DNA from: Alphaproteobacteria bacterium
GTDB lineage: Bacteria; Pseudomonadota; Alphaproteobacteria; RF32; CAG-239
Length of the DNA stretch: 64,000 nt
Reading direction: 5' to 3'
Assembly: GCA_045116295.1 (NCBI GenBank)
Contig: JBGULQ010000013.1
Coordinates: 3,745-67,744, forward strand
Positions 17,161-28,194 of this stretch are shown here, piece after piece; position 1 is the first letter of the stretch, and each line of letters begins with the position of its first letter. A program made the position numbers and the translations under genes. The notes beneath the pieces were generated by a model. It searched no databases. It saw only the letters and a program-made list of their open reading frames with translations, and was not told the origin of the DNA.

Positions 17161-17303
17161 ATCAATAGACTATTGACGGTAAGTTAATGTTGGCATTTTG
17201 CAAGGCTGTGGATTTTTAAATTCTTTATGGCGTTTTGTTAAGATTTTGGTAACTTATTTTTGCCATACTTTTGAACATGAGAAATGTAATTTAACCGAGA
17301 TGA

Positions 17304-18404
<1,101 letters not shown>

Positions 18405-18480
18405 TTTTTGCAAATAGTAAAAGCGTGCTCTTGCAGTGTAAATCGTTCAGAATGCTGAAGTATTTTTGAATGCAGGATGA

Positions 18481-19572
18481 ATGATGATAAAAAAGATGCA
18501 GAAGTATAATAAAATAAAAAATATTGATAATAATCTCAGAACCTATGCAGCAATAGATTTGGGGACGAACTCTTGTCGTCTGGTGATTGCAACGCCGACA
18601 CCGACTTCTTTTCGTATTATTGAAACTTTTTCCAGAATAACCAGATTGGGTGAAGGAATTATAAACGGAAACTGTTTAAGCAAAGATGCAATCAGAAGAA
18701 CAGTACGTGCGTTGAAAATATGTTCAGAAGTGATAAATGAGTATGCGCCGATATACAGGTCGCGCTTTGTGGCGACTGCAGCTTGTCGAAGAGCCGATAA
18801 TTGCAAGGAATTTATGGCAGAGGTGAAAAAACAGACTGGGCTTAATCTTGAAATTATTTCTTCGCAAGAAGAGGCAAGATTGGCCGTGGTCGGTTGTGTT
18901 CCCTTGTTGAATCGAAATTTGAAAAGGGTGTTGGTTTTTGATATTGGCGGCGGATCAACGGAAATATCATTAGCTAGAGTGACCAATACCGGAAAAACAT
19001 TTATTGAGGGATATGTATCTTTGCCGTATGGTGTGGTTACGGTATCGGAAGCGTTTCCAAACAAAGAAATGACAAACTTGGCTTATAATACAATTGTTGA
19101 ACGTACGCACAAGTTACTGGAAGATTTTGAAGAAAAACACCATATTTTTGAAGCCATACGCGATCAGGAAATTCAGATTATAGGAACATCAGGAACGGTT
19201 ACGGTGCTGGGGGCAATACAGTTAAATTTAACCCGCTATAATCGTTCGGCTGTTGATGGAATTTCAATTACAAAACAAGATTTGGATCAATCAATTTCAA
19301 AAATCAGGCGTATGGGAACAGAGGGGCGCAAAAAACATCCGTGTATAGGCCCGTTAAAAGCTGATTTGACAATAGCTGGTTGCGCTATTATTGAGGGAAT
19401 TTGTTCGTTTTGGCCGGTATCAGAAATTACGGTTGCCGATAGGGGAATTCGAGAAGGTATGTTGTTAGATATGATGCATAATCGGGATCAAAAAACTCGC
19501 CGCCATAACTTATATAACAGACGTAATAAGAGGAACTATGAACATGCAAAAAACAAGTCTGGCAGCCATTGA
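18481..19572 (+). CDS. Ppx/GppA-family phosphatase (short form), copy 1
   Basis: AAIDLGTNSCRLVIA and DIGGGSTE motifs. Confidence 0.8.
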   Translation: MMIKKMQKYNKIKNIDNNLRTYAAIDLGTNSCRLVIATPTPTSFRIIETFSRITRLGEGIINGNCLSKDAIRRTVRALKICSEVINEYAPIYRSRFVATAACRRADNCKEFMAEVKKQTGLNLEIISSQEEARLAVVGCVPLLNRNLKRVLVFDIGGGSTEISLARVTNTGKTFIEGYVSLPYGVVTVSEAFPNKEMTNLAYNTIVERTHKLLEDFEEKHHIFEAIRDQEIQIIGTSGTVTVLGAIQLNLTRYNRSAVDGISITKQDLDQSISKIRRMGTEGRKKHPCIGPLKADLTIAGCAIIEGICSFWPVSEITVADRGIREGMLLDMMHNRDQKTRRHNLYNRRNKRNYEHAKNKSGSH

Positions 19573-20485
19573 TTTGGGAACAAATTCTTGTCGTCTGCTG
19601 ATTGCTGACGAACATGGGCATGAGATGTTCAAGAATGCAGTGCCGATACGTTTGGGAGAGGGAATGACCAAAAACAATCGTTTTACCGATGATGCTATGG
19701 CACGCGGTATAGAGTGTTTTTGTATGTTTAAGATGTTTATGGATGAGTATAATGTAAGAAAATACCGTGCAGTTGCTACAGCTGCCTGCAGAATGGCTGA
19801 AAACGGAGTTGAATTTGCGCATAAGGTAAAACAACAGGCAAATATCAATTTGGAAGTGATAGACGGCTATGAAGAAGCGCGGCTGAATTTACTCGGTGCA
19901 ATGGCAAATGTAAAAGATGAAAATGTAAAATATGTTGTGGTATATGATTTAGGCGGGGGATCAACCGAAATTACATTGGCAACAAAAGAAAAAAATCCAA
20001 AAATTTTACATACAATATCTATTCCTTGGGGGGCAAGAAACAGTGCAGAAAAGTTTGAGATTGGTGATTATGACTGTAAAAAGGCAGAAAAATTGGCTTC
20101 TGTTATAAGTAGTTACAGTAGAAAATTTGTTGATGATGCCAATCTTTTACGTTATAAGAATGAAATTTGTTTTGTAGCAACGTCAAGTGTTCCGTTGAGG
20201 TTGGCACATATTGCTTATGATTGGTCGGTGTATGAACGTGAACGCGCTGACGGTGTGGTTGTTAGCACTTCAGAATTTGATAGAGCAATTGATAAGGTCT
20301 ATCTTATGGATGAAAAACAAAGATTGGCTCATCCTTGTATAGGTCAATCAAGAGCGGATATTTTTACTGCAGCTTGTGTGATTTTTTCGCAGATATACTG
20401 TGATCTCGGTGCAAATAAGATTGTGGCCTCGCTTAAAAGTGCAGTAGATGGGATGATTATGGAGTTGAAAGATGGCACAAACTAA
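19538..20485 (+). CDS. Ppx/GppA-family phosphatase (short form), copy 2
   Basis: AAIDLGTNSCRLLIA and DLGGGSTE motifs. It overlaps copy 1 by 35 nt. Confidence 0.8.
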   Translation: MNMQKTSLAAIDLGTNSCRLLIADEHGHEMFKNAVPIRLGEGMTKNNRFTDDAMARGIECFCMFKMFMDEYNVRKYRAVATAACRMAENGVEFAHKVKQQANINLEVIDGYEEARLNLLGAMANVKDENVKYVVVYDLGGGSTEITLATKEKNPKILHTISIPWGARNSAEKFEIGDYDCKKAEKLASVISSYSRKFVDDANLLRYKNEICFVATSSVPLRLAHIAYDWSVYERERADGVVVSTSEFDRAIDKVYLMDEKQRLAHPCIGQSRADIFTAACVIFSQIYCDLGANKIVASLKSAVDGMIMELKDGTN

Positions 20486-21161
20486 ATCAGCAAATTCTAT
20501 TATGGCAAAGCGAGGATTGGCGGTTAAGGTCAAGACTTCGAAATATCGTAAAAAATCGTCAAATCAGTGGTTGTTACGCCAATTAAATGATCCGTATGTT
20601 GCAGAGGCAAAGAGCAAAGGTTATCGTTCCCGTGCGGCATTCAAGTTGATACAGCTGGATGAAAAGTTCAAATTTTTAGGCAAAGGAAAAACAATTGTAG
20701 ATTTAGGATGTGCTCCGGGAGGGTGGACGCAAATTGCAGTACAGCGCAATAAGGGAACCGGACAGGTAGTGGGACTTGATATTTTGCCAACAGAACCAAT
20801 TGAGGGGGCAACATTAATACAACAGGATTTTACTGCTGATGATGCAGCGGATAAGCTGAAAGCACTTTTGAACGGCAAAGCTGATATTGTAATGAGCGAC
20901 ATGGCGGCTAATACTACAGGGCACCAACAGACAGATCATTTGCGAACGATTGCTTTGGTCGAGCTGGCATATGATTTTGCAAAAGATGTTTTAGCAGAAG
21001 GCGGGATTTTTATAGCCAAAGTATTTAAGGGGGGAGCAGAAGGAGAATTTTTGAAAGAGGTGAAGAAAAATTTTGCCAAAGTTGCACATTTTAAGCCTGA
21101 CGCTAGTCGCAAAACTTCACCGGAGGAATATTTAGTCGCAATCGGTTTTAGGGGGAAATAA
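20472..21161 (+). CDS. rlmE: 23S rRNA 2'-O-ribose methyltransferase RlmE/FtsJ
   Basis: WLLRQLNDPYV, GYRSRAAFKL and DLGCAPGGW motifs. Confidence 0.9.
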   Translation: MAQTKSANSIMAKRGLAVKVKTSKYRKKSSNQWLLRQLNDPYVAEAKSKGYRSRAAFKLIQLDEKFKFLGKGKTIVDLGCAPGGWTQIAVQRNKGTGQVVGLDILPTEPIEGATLIQQDFTADDAADKLKALLNGKADIVMSDMAANTTGHQQTDHLRTIALVELAYDFAKDVLAEGGIFIAKVFKGGAEGEFLKEVKKNFAKVAHFKPDASRKTSPEEYLVAIGFRGK

Positions 21162-22372
21162 TGCAGACTTCGGCTCGATATCAGGCAGTTGCAGAGTTGA
21201 TAGATGAAATTTTCGCAGATAAACAACCGGCGGATAATATTCTGAACTCTTATTTTAGAGAGCGGCGTTTTATAGGCTCAAAAGATCGTAAATTTATTTC
21301 GTCGGAAGTGTGGAACATAATCAGGCATCGCAGAAGGTTGGAGTTTGAAGCGCAAAGCAATGATGTACGGAGAATTTTGGCGGTATATCTGAAAGATAGT
21401 AATCTTGATGAAATTTTTGCAGGTGGGCAATATGGAATGTCACCGCTGACAGAAGAAGAAAAACAGTGGCTGCAAAATTTACAAGAAGTTCCTTATCCTG
21501 AAGATGTAGAAGCCGAATGTCCGCAGTGGTTATACGAAAAAATAAACGATATGGCTTTGCTAAAAAGTCTTAATGTGCCGGCAAGTGCAGATTTTAGAAT
21601 TAATGGCGGAAGCCGTGAAAATATTATTCAAAAGATGATAGAAGAAGGGTATGATGTTGTTAAAACCCCGTTTTCTCCCTTTGGAATACGTTGCCGAGAA
21701 AGAATTAACCTTAATAATTGCATGGTTTTTCAAGATGGACTGATTGAACCGCAAGATGAGGCCTCACAGCTGGTGTCAATTTTGTGTGATGTTAAACCGG
21801 AGCATAAAATAATAGACTATTGCTGCGGAGCAGGTGGCAAAAGTTTGGCTTTGGCGTATTTGCTGCATAATAAAGGAAAAATTGAGGCGCATGATGTTGA
21901 TATAAAACGAATGGATGCGCTTGATATCAGGATGAAACGTTTACAGGTGTCAAATATTGAAAAGGTTTTGACAGAGCAGGTAGCATATGATTATGACCGT
22001 TTTATCATAGATGCACCTTGTTCAGGGAGCGGTACATGGAGGCGCAGTCCTGATGCAAAATTCAGGTTAACAAAAAGTAATCTTGAAAATATAGTTGAGG
22101 TACAGGCAAATCTGTTGGATATCGCAGCAGAACGTGTTAAAAAAGGTGGAGTGATTATATATATTACCTGTTCGATTTTGGAAGAGGAAAATAAACATCA
22201 AGTCGATGCTTTTTTGAAAAGAAACGACAGTTTTGAGTTGACAGATATGGCTGAAATATGGAATCGTAGAATTGAAAGCGAATTTCCATTTAGGAATAAT
22301 AATTGCCTTAATTTCAATCCGTTGCTTACAGGGACCGATGGCTTTTTTGTGGCAATGTTGCGTAAAATATAG
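21161..22372 (+). CDS. RsmB/NOP-family RNA cytosine-C5 methyltransferase
   Basis: DYCCGAGGKS, DAPCSGSGTWRR and YITCS motifs. Confidence 0.8.
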   Translation: MQTSARYQAVAELIDEIFADKQPADNILNSYFRERRFIGSKDRKFISSEVWNIIRHRRRLEFEAQSNDVRRILAVYLKDSNLDEIFAGGQYGMSPLTEEEKQWLQNLQEVPYPEDVEAECPQWLYEKINDMALLKSLNVPASADFRINGGSRENIIQKMIEEGYDVVKTPFSPFGIRCRERINLNNCMVFQDGLIEPQDEASQLVSILCDVKPEHKIIDYCCGAGGKSLALAYLLHNKGKIEAHDVDIKRMDALDIRMKRLQVSNIEKVLTEQVAYDYDRFIIDAPCSGSGTWRRSPDAKFRLTKSNLENIVEVQANLLDIAAERVKKGGVIIYITCSILEEENKHQVDAFLKRNDSFELTDMAEIWNRRIESEFPFRNNNCLNFNPLLTGTDGFFVAMLRKI

Positions 22373-22382
22373 GAAAGTTGAT

Positions 22383-22739
22383 ATGAAAAAGGTGTTTTTG
22401 TTATTTGTTGTTGTCTTCTTGAGTGGCTGTGCAACTCAGGAAAAATATGCGCAAATGCTTAGTAATTATGTGGGGCTGAGTGAAGAAGATTTAATCAGCC
22501 GGATGGGACCGCCGGATAGTTTTTATGAGTTGAATCAACAAACTAAATATTTGACCTATAAACGTGAGCGCAACTATTATAATCCACCAAGTGCAACGAC
22601 ACATTTTTGGGGCAACAGCGCATACACCGATTTTTATGGCGGATATGAAGAAAAATTGTGGTGTAATACTACATTTACGCTGAAAAACAGAATTATTACA
22701 GATTATCGCTTTGAAGGTAATAACTGTCTGGCAAAATAA
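22383..22739 (+). CDS. small lipoprotein
   Basis: MKKVFLLFVVVFLSGC lipobox. The longer track ORF (start 22272) overlaps the methyltransferase gene. Confidence 0.6.
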   Translation: MKKVFLLFVVVFLSGCATQEKYAQMLSNYVGLSEEDLISRMGPPDSFYELNQQTKYLTYKRERNYYNPPSATTHFWGNSAYTDFYGGYEEKLWCNTTFTLKNRIITDYRFEGNNCLAK

Positions 22740-22817
22740 TTTAAATGTGGAAAAAATATACCTTGCATTGAGAAAGAAAATGCATTGTGCTAAACTATGA
22801 CCATGAATAATCGTTAG

Positions 22818-23048
22818 ATGAGGCGTGGTATGTCAGGTGATTTTTTGCACAATTTCTGCATGTATCAAAATGCAATGTTGAATGTTGGAACAAAAGAGGG
22901 TTGCAACAAAACACAAGTTGTTTCTGATGCAAGTATAGATCTTGATATTAATGATATGATGACAGCTGCATCAAGGGCGGAAGGAAAACTCTCCGAAGTA
23001 TTGGATGTTACTGATTCATATAATGAAATTCTAAAAATGATAATGTAA
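22818..23048 (+). CDS. hypothetical small acidic protein (weak call)
   Basis: 76-aa ORF. A possible promoter TTGAGA-17-TAAACT lies about 50 nt upstream. No homology recognised. Confidence 0.3.
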   Translation: MRRGMSGDFLHNFCMYQNAMLNVGTKEGCNKTQVVSDASIDLDINDMMTAASRAEGKLSEVLDVTDSYNEILKMIM

Positions 23049-23115
23049 CTCAAAAAATACTTGATTATTTTTTTAAACTGGTTTAAATCACTTCTATCTT
23101 TTTAGTAAAAGTTTT

Positions 23116-23201
23116 GCGGCTGTGGCGAAATTGGTAAACGCGTAACGTTGAGGTCGTTATGAGCTAAGCTCTTGGAAGTTCAAGTCTTCTCAGCCGCACC
23201 A
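23116..23201 (+). tRNA. tRNA-Leu (anticodon GAG)
   Basis: Hand-folded cloverleaf. Acceptor GCGGCTG/CAGCCGC, anticodon loop TTGAGGT, long variable arm GAGC-TAA-GCTC, T-loop TTCAAGT, encoded CCA. Confidence 0.9.
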
Positions 23202-23256
23202 ATCAAATTTTATAAGGATTGTTCCGGAATATAATTTTAGCCAAGGGAGGGATCTG

Positions 23257-24693
23257 ATGACAAAGAAAACCAACAAAAAATCTCCCGTAACGAGGCGCAA
23301 GGCAATCCGTTTTTCAAAAAAACAAAAGAAAAAGGAGCAACAGACCTATTTAGGGCTGGGGCCGAAGTTTGTCAATTCGATTATTATCGGATTGAATGAA
23401 GATGATGATATCCATGTAAAAAAGATTGTCGCAGGCTTGGATGAATATGATTTGGCTAAGTTGATTGAGGTGTTGGATATCAATCACCGTCGCAAACTTG
23501 TCAATATTTTGGGTGACAAAATTGACCCTGCGGTCTTTCCTGAGCTGAATGAAGTTGTTCAAGAGCAAGTTTTAGAGAGCTTGGATGAAAAACAAATCGT
23601 CAAGATTGTTAATGAATTGGATTCTGACGATGCGGTTGAGGTGTTGGAAAACCTCGATGATGAAGAACAAGAGCAGATTATTCAGCATTTGGATCCGGAA
23701 CTGCAATATCAGGTTCAATCATCACTCAATTATCCGGAAGATTCTGCCGGTCGTATTATGTCACGCGACTTTGTCAGCATGCCTGACAGTTGGAGTGTGA
23801 AAGAGGCAAAGCAATATTTGTTAAACAATGAAGAGTTGCCGGACGAATTTTATACGGTTTTTTTGGTAGATGAAAAAACTCTGCGACCGACCGGAGAAAT
23901 TACGCTGGATAAACTGTTGCGAGCAAAAGCAACGGAAAAACTGAATGCGATTATGGACGGTGAAATAGTTCCGCTTGATGTGCATACCGACCAAGAAGAA
24001 GTGGCTCATATGTTCCGTGAATACGGCTGGATGTCGGCTATGGTGGTCGATGCCAAAGGGCGGCTTATCGGCGTAATCAATGTTGATGACGTAATCGAAA
24101 TTATCCATGAGGAAGCCAATGAAGATATTATGGGTATTGCCGGTGCGGAAAGCGGTGACGTTTATCGTTCGGTATTTGATATCTTTAAATCACGTTCAAT
24201 ATGGTTGGTAACTAATTTATTTGCGACAATCATTGCGGCTTCGGTGGTCGGAGGTTTTCAGGATATTATTGCCGAAATGTCGGTTTTGGCGGTGTTGATG
24301 CCGATCGTGGCTTCAATGGGAGGTACAACCGGACAACAGACTCTGGCTGTGGTAGTGCGTTCACTGGCAACAAAAGAGTTGAACTCACGCAATGCGTTGC
24401 GAATGATTGGTAAAGAGTTTATGGTCGGTTTGTGTAACGGGCTTTTATTTGCGATTATGATTGGTATTGCGGTTTATATCTGGGTGCCGGACAAGATTAT
24501 GATAAGTTATATTATAGCCTTGGCAATGCTGTGTAATTTGGTGGTGGCAAGTCTTGCCGGTATCTTAATTCCGCTGACATTAAACCATCTGAAAGTTGAT
24601 CCGGCAATAAGCTCAGGCGTATTTTTGATTGCCTGCACGGATTCAGGCGGATATTTCATCTTTTTAGGTTTGGCAAAGCTCTTAATGTTCTAA
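23257..24693 (+). CDS. mgtE: magnesium transporter MgtE
   Basis: 478 aa with an acidic N-domain, a CBS pair and 5 C-terminal TM helices containing the PIVASMGGTTGQQ motif. Confidence 0.9.
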   Translation: MTKKTNKKSPVTRRKAIRFSKKQKKKEQQTYLGLGPKFVNSIIIGLNEDDDIHVKKIVAGLDEYDLAKLIEVLDINHRRKLVNILGDKIDPAVFPELNEVVQEQVLESLDEKQIVKIVNELDSDDAVEVLENLDDEEQEQIIQHLDPELQYQVQSSLNYPEDSAGRIMSRDFVSMPDSWSVKEAKQYLLNNEELPDEFYTVFLVDEKTLRPTGEITLDKLLRAKATEKLNAIMDGEIVPLDVHTDQEEVAHMFREYGWMSAMVVDAKGRLIGVINVDDVIEIIHEEANEDIMGIAGAESGDVYRSVFDIFKSRSIWLVTNLFATIIAASVVGGFQDIIAEMSVLAVLMPIVASMGGTTGQQTLAVVVRSLATKELNSRNALRMIGKEFMVGLCNGLLFAIMIGIAVYIWVPDKIMISYIIALAMLCNLVVASLAGILIPLTLNHLKVDPAISSGVFLIACTDSGGYFIFLGLAKLLMF

Positions 24694-24771
24694 ATTTTCA
24701 TTGCATAGATTGTATTTTGTGCTTTGTGTAGCGATATTTTGCCGTATAATGACTGCAAAACAAAGGAGCTT

Positions 24772-25245
24772 ATGATGTTTTCCGGTCTTATTGTTGCCGC
24801 AGTTGTGGTTGTGTTGGATCAGCTTTCCAAATATTGGGTGCTGAATTGTGTTTTAGCGACAAATTCACTCATGAAAATTACGTCATTTTTTAATGTAGTT
24901 AATGCGTGGAATACCGGTGTCAGTTTTTCGATGTTCAGTAGCAACGGTTCGTGGGGAACTATTGTGTTGTGTGTACTGGCTCTTGCAATTGTAGCTATGT
25001 TGTTGTGGTGGCTCAAAAAAGAAAAATCATTATTTATGCAAATTGCTTTAGGAATGGTTATCGGCGGAGCATTGGGAAATGTTATTGATCGTATCAGGAT
25101 CGGGGCGGTGTTTGACTTTTTAGATTTTCATATAAGCGGTTATCATTGGCCGGCGTTTAATGTGGCCGACAGCGCAATATGTGTCGGCGCAGTGTTGATT
25201 TTTATCTATAGTTTATTGCAAGGCAAAAAAGGAGAAAAAAAATGA
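24772..25245 (+). CDS. lspA: lipoprotein signal peptidase II
   Basis: VLDQLSKYWV, NTGVSFS and FNVADS motifs. An AAGGAG lies 4 nt before the ATG at 24772. The track start at 24724 is probably an extension. Confidence 0.9.
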   Translation: MMFSGLIVAAVVVVLDQLSKYWVLNCVLATNSLMKITSFFNVVNAWNTGVSFSMFSSNGSWGTIVLCVLALAIVAMLLWWLKKEKSLFMQIALGMVIGGALGNVIDRIRIGAVFDFLDFHISGYHWPAFNVADSAICVGAVLIFIYSLLQGKKGEKK

Positions 25246-25430
25246 TGAAGAAACTTGTCATGGCATTTGTGCTACTTTCAATGCTTGGTGCATGCGGGCT
25301 TACAAAAAAAGACTTGGGACTGGAGAAAACAACTCCTGATGCATCAAATGCCAAGGCTAAAGAGGCTTTGATTTTGCCTCCTAATTATAACCAGCGTCCG
25401 GTTGTTGATATGGAAAAAGCCGAGAAATAG
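25242..25430 (+). CDS. small lipoprotein (DUF3035-like position downstream of lspA)
   Basis: MMKKLVMAFVLLSMLGAC lipobox. ATGA overlap with lspA. Confidence 0.6.
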   Translation: MMKKLVMAFVLLSMLGACGLTKKDLGLEKTTPDASNAKAKEALILPPNYNQRPVVDMEKAEK

Positions 25431-25441
25431 GAGAGATTGAT

Positions 25442-26770
25442 TTGATAAGTAGACGTTTTTGGTTGGTGTTAGCGACTTTAGTGTTGATTGCTCTGCCGGC
25501 TCGGGCGGAGCTTTTCGGCTTAAAGGGGTATATGTTGAAAAACGGAATGCGTTTGGTGGTGGTTCCTAACCACAAAGCTCCTATTGCCAAACATATGGTG
25601 TGGTATAAGGTGGGGGCAGCTAATGAAGAACTTGGAAAAGGTGGTTCGGCGCATTTGTTAGAACATTTGATGTTTCGTGGTACAAGAAAAGTAAGGGGGC
25701 AGTCTTTTAACCGTATTTTGGAGGAAAACGGAGCAGACAGCAATGCCTTTACTACTCAAGATGTTACATCGTATCATCAATTTGTAGATATCAGTCGTTT
25801 GGAGTTGGCAATGGCGTTAGAGGCTGACAGAATGCAAAATTTGAAAATTGATGAGGAAAGTTTTGAGACCGAACGCAAAATTGTGTATCAAGAGCGCAAA
25901 CAGGTAGTGGAAAATAATCCCTTGTATAAGTTTAATGAGGAATTGCAACGTATTTTTTGGCAAAATCATCCTTATAGCCGACCAATTACGGGAAGCGAGG
26001 AGGAAATTTTGAATCTAAAACGGCAGGATGTATCAGATATATATCATCGTTATTATGCTCCAAACAATGCGGTTTTAGTGATAGCCGGTGATATAGAGCC
26101 GGATATGGCGTATCGTCTGGCTGAAAAATATTATGGAAATATTAAACCTGCAAAAGTGTCGGCAAAACAAAATTTGTTTGATGCAAAAGGTAAAAGCAAA
26201 ACAACATTACAGATGAAATTACCGAATATTGAATTGCCAAGACTGATTAAAAAATATCATGTTCCGGGATATAATGAAGCAAAAGACGGAATATATGCTT
26301 ATATGGTATTATCTAAATATTTGGGAGACAATGAAGTTTCAAAACTACATGTCGAGCTTGTAGATAACCGCAAAGTTGCTACCGGTGTGTCAACAGATTA
26401 TAGTTTTACATCGTTTGGTGGCGGAAGTTTCAGTATAAGCGTAATACCGGTTGAAGGTGTGAGTATAGAGGATTTGAAGTCAGCACTTGAAGATGCACTT
26501 AAGCAGGCAATGAGTGAGCTTACGGAAAGTGTGTTGCAAAAATATAAAAAGCAAATGTTATCAGGTTTGATTTATGCCAAGGATGATCCAAATGAGGCTG
26601 CACAAGTTGTCGGAATGTTGGCAATTGCCGGAATGAGTGACGATGAGATTGAAAATTATGCAGATAATATTGAAAAAGTTACTTTGGATGACGTTAAAAA
26701 CGCATTCAATGAAATGATGAATTCAACTCAAGTTGAAGCTGTAGTTGAGCCGGAAGGAGTAAAAAAATGA
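25442..26770 (+). CDS. M16-family zinc peptidase (pitrilysin-like, active subunit)
   Basis: Signal peptide plus the inverted zinc motif HLLEHLMF (HxxEH). Confidence 0.85.
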   Translation: MISRRFWLVLATLVLIALPARAELFGLKGYMLKNGMRLVVVPNHKAPIAKHMVWYKVGAANEELGKGGSAHLLEHLMFRGTRKVRGQSFNRILEENGADSNAFTTQDVTSYHQFVDISRLELAMALEADRMQNLKIDEESFETERKIVYQERKQVVENNPLYKFNEELQRIFWQNHPYSRPITGSEEEILNLKRQDVSDIYHRYYAPNNAVLVIAGDIEPDMAYRLAEKYYGNIKPAKVSAKQNLFDAKGKSKTTLQMKLPNIELPRLIKKYHVPGYNEAKDGIYAYMVLSKYLGDNEVSKLHVELVDNRKVATGVSTDYSFTSFGGGSFSISVIPVEGVSIEDLKSALEDALKQAMSELTESVLQKYKKQMLSGLIYAKDDPNEAAQVVGMLAIAGMSDDEIENYADNIEKVTLDDVKNAFNEMMNSTQVEAVVEPEGVKK

Positions 26771-28194
26771 CTCACAAACCTTTGTATGCCAAAAAACATC
26801 ACAGATATTGGCTTTTAATACTGATTATTATTGTTGCATTGAGTGTATTAGGAAAGAAGTTTTTTGTTTTTGATGCGGATAGCATTATAGAAAAATCAGA
26901 ACTGAAAAACAGATCGTTTGCTAACGAAGTGGTGGAAATAACAGCTCCCAAGAGTGGAATAAAGGCTTATTGGATGGCTGAAAAAAGTAATCCGATTGTG
27001 AGTATGAGTTTTATTTTTGCCGGTAGCGGTTCCATTCAGGACGACAAAAAAGGAACAGCCAATTTTACTGCTGCGATGATGACAGAGGGAAACGATGAGC
27101 TGAGCAGTAATGATTTTAAGGAAAAGCTGGAGGAATATGCAATATCAATTGCTTTTAGTGCAAATAAAGACGACTTCGTCGGTAGTATGGTAACGTTGAA
27201 AGAAAATTTGCCTTTGGCGGCAGATTTGTTACATAAAGCACTAGTAGCCCCGCGAATGGATGAAAATGATTTTGTAAGAACAAAAGGTCAATTGCTGCAA
27301 AGTCTTGATTATATGATGGAAAAACCTCAATACAGATTGAATAAAAGGGTCAATCAGGAAGTGTTTGGCAGTCATGCTTATGCGTATGATGTAATCGGAG
27401 TGACAAGTGATGTTAAGAGCATTTCTGTAGCGGATATGCGTTCTTTTATGGCTAACAAACTGACAAAAGACAGAGTTTATGTAGGAATTGCCGGAGATAT
27501 TACTCAGACAGAGGCTGAAGAACTGATAGACAATGTATTTGCTGATTTGCCGGAAAAGGGAAATGATAAGAAGTTGAAGGTTCCGAATATTGATTTTTCG
27601 GCACGAGTTGTTAATGTTGAAGATAATGAGTTAGCACAGGTTTTGACAACAATAATTGCGCCATCTGTTGCCAGATTGGATAGGGATTTTTATCCGTTAT
27701 ATGTTGCAAATTATGTGTTTGGCGGAGCGGGGTTGAGTTCTCGTGTTAATAAGGCAGCGCGTGAAAAAGAAGGTCTGACTTATGGTGCTTATACATCAAT
27801 GTCTTTATTGCACAAAGCACCGCTTCTGGTCGGAGGTTTTTCAACAACGCCGCAAAATTTTGAACAAATGAGCAAGATTTTTGCAGATGAATGGCAAAAA
27901 ATGGGAAATGAAGGTATAAGCAAAGATGAGTTGACGGCGGCTAAAAATTATTTGATTAATTCATACAATCTCAGGTTTGCAGATATAGGAACTCTCTCAA
28001 GTATTTTGGTAAGTATGCAAAGGGAAAATTTAGGAATAGATTTCTTGCAAAAACGCAATTTATATGTTGAGCAAGTTACGTTAGAACGTGTAAATCAAGT
28101 GGCAAAACAATATTTTGTTTCGGAAAATTTGGTTATGGTAAATATGGGTAACATTCAGCAGAAAGGGTCTAAAGATGAACAAAGCAGTAAATAA
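26767..28194 (+). CDS. M16-family peptidase, non-catalytic partner subunit
   Basis: M16 fold without HxxEH. ATGA overlap with the upstream gene. Confidence 0.8.
   Translation: MTHKPLYAKKHHRYWLLILIIIVALSVLGKKFFVFDADSIIEKSELKNRSFANEVVEITAPKSGIKAYWMAEKSNPIVSMSFIFAGSGSIQDDKKGTANFTAAMMTEGNDELSSNDFKEKLEEYAISIAFSANKDDFVGSMVTLKENLPLAADLLHKALVAPRMDENDFVRTKGQLLQSLDYMMEKPQYRLNKRVNQEVFGSHAYAYDVIGVTSDVKSISVADMRSFMANKLTKDRVYVGIAGDITQTEAEELIDNVFADLPEKGNDKKLKVPNIDFSARVVNVEDNELAQVLTTIIAPSVARLDRDFYPLYVANYVFGGAGLSSRVNKAAREKEGLTYGAYTSMSLLHKAPLLVGGFSTTPQNFEQMSKIFADEWQKMGNEGISKDELTAAKNYLINSYNLRFADIGTLSSILVSMQRENLGIDFLQKRNLYVEQVTLERVNQVAKQYFVSENLVMVNMGNIQQKGSKDEQSSK

Noticed and set aside
23202-23256. Possible Mg2+ riboswitch (M-box) in front of mgtE
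   Set aside because: Only 55 nt separate tRNA-Leu from the mgtE start. That is far too short for an M-box of about 160 nt, and no extended pairing is visible.
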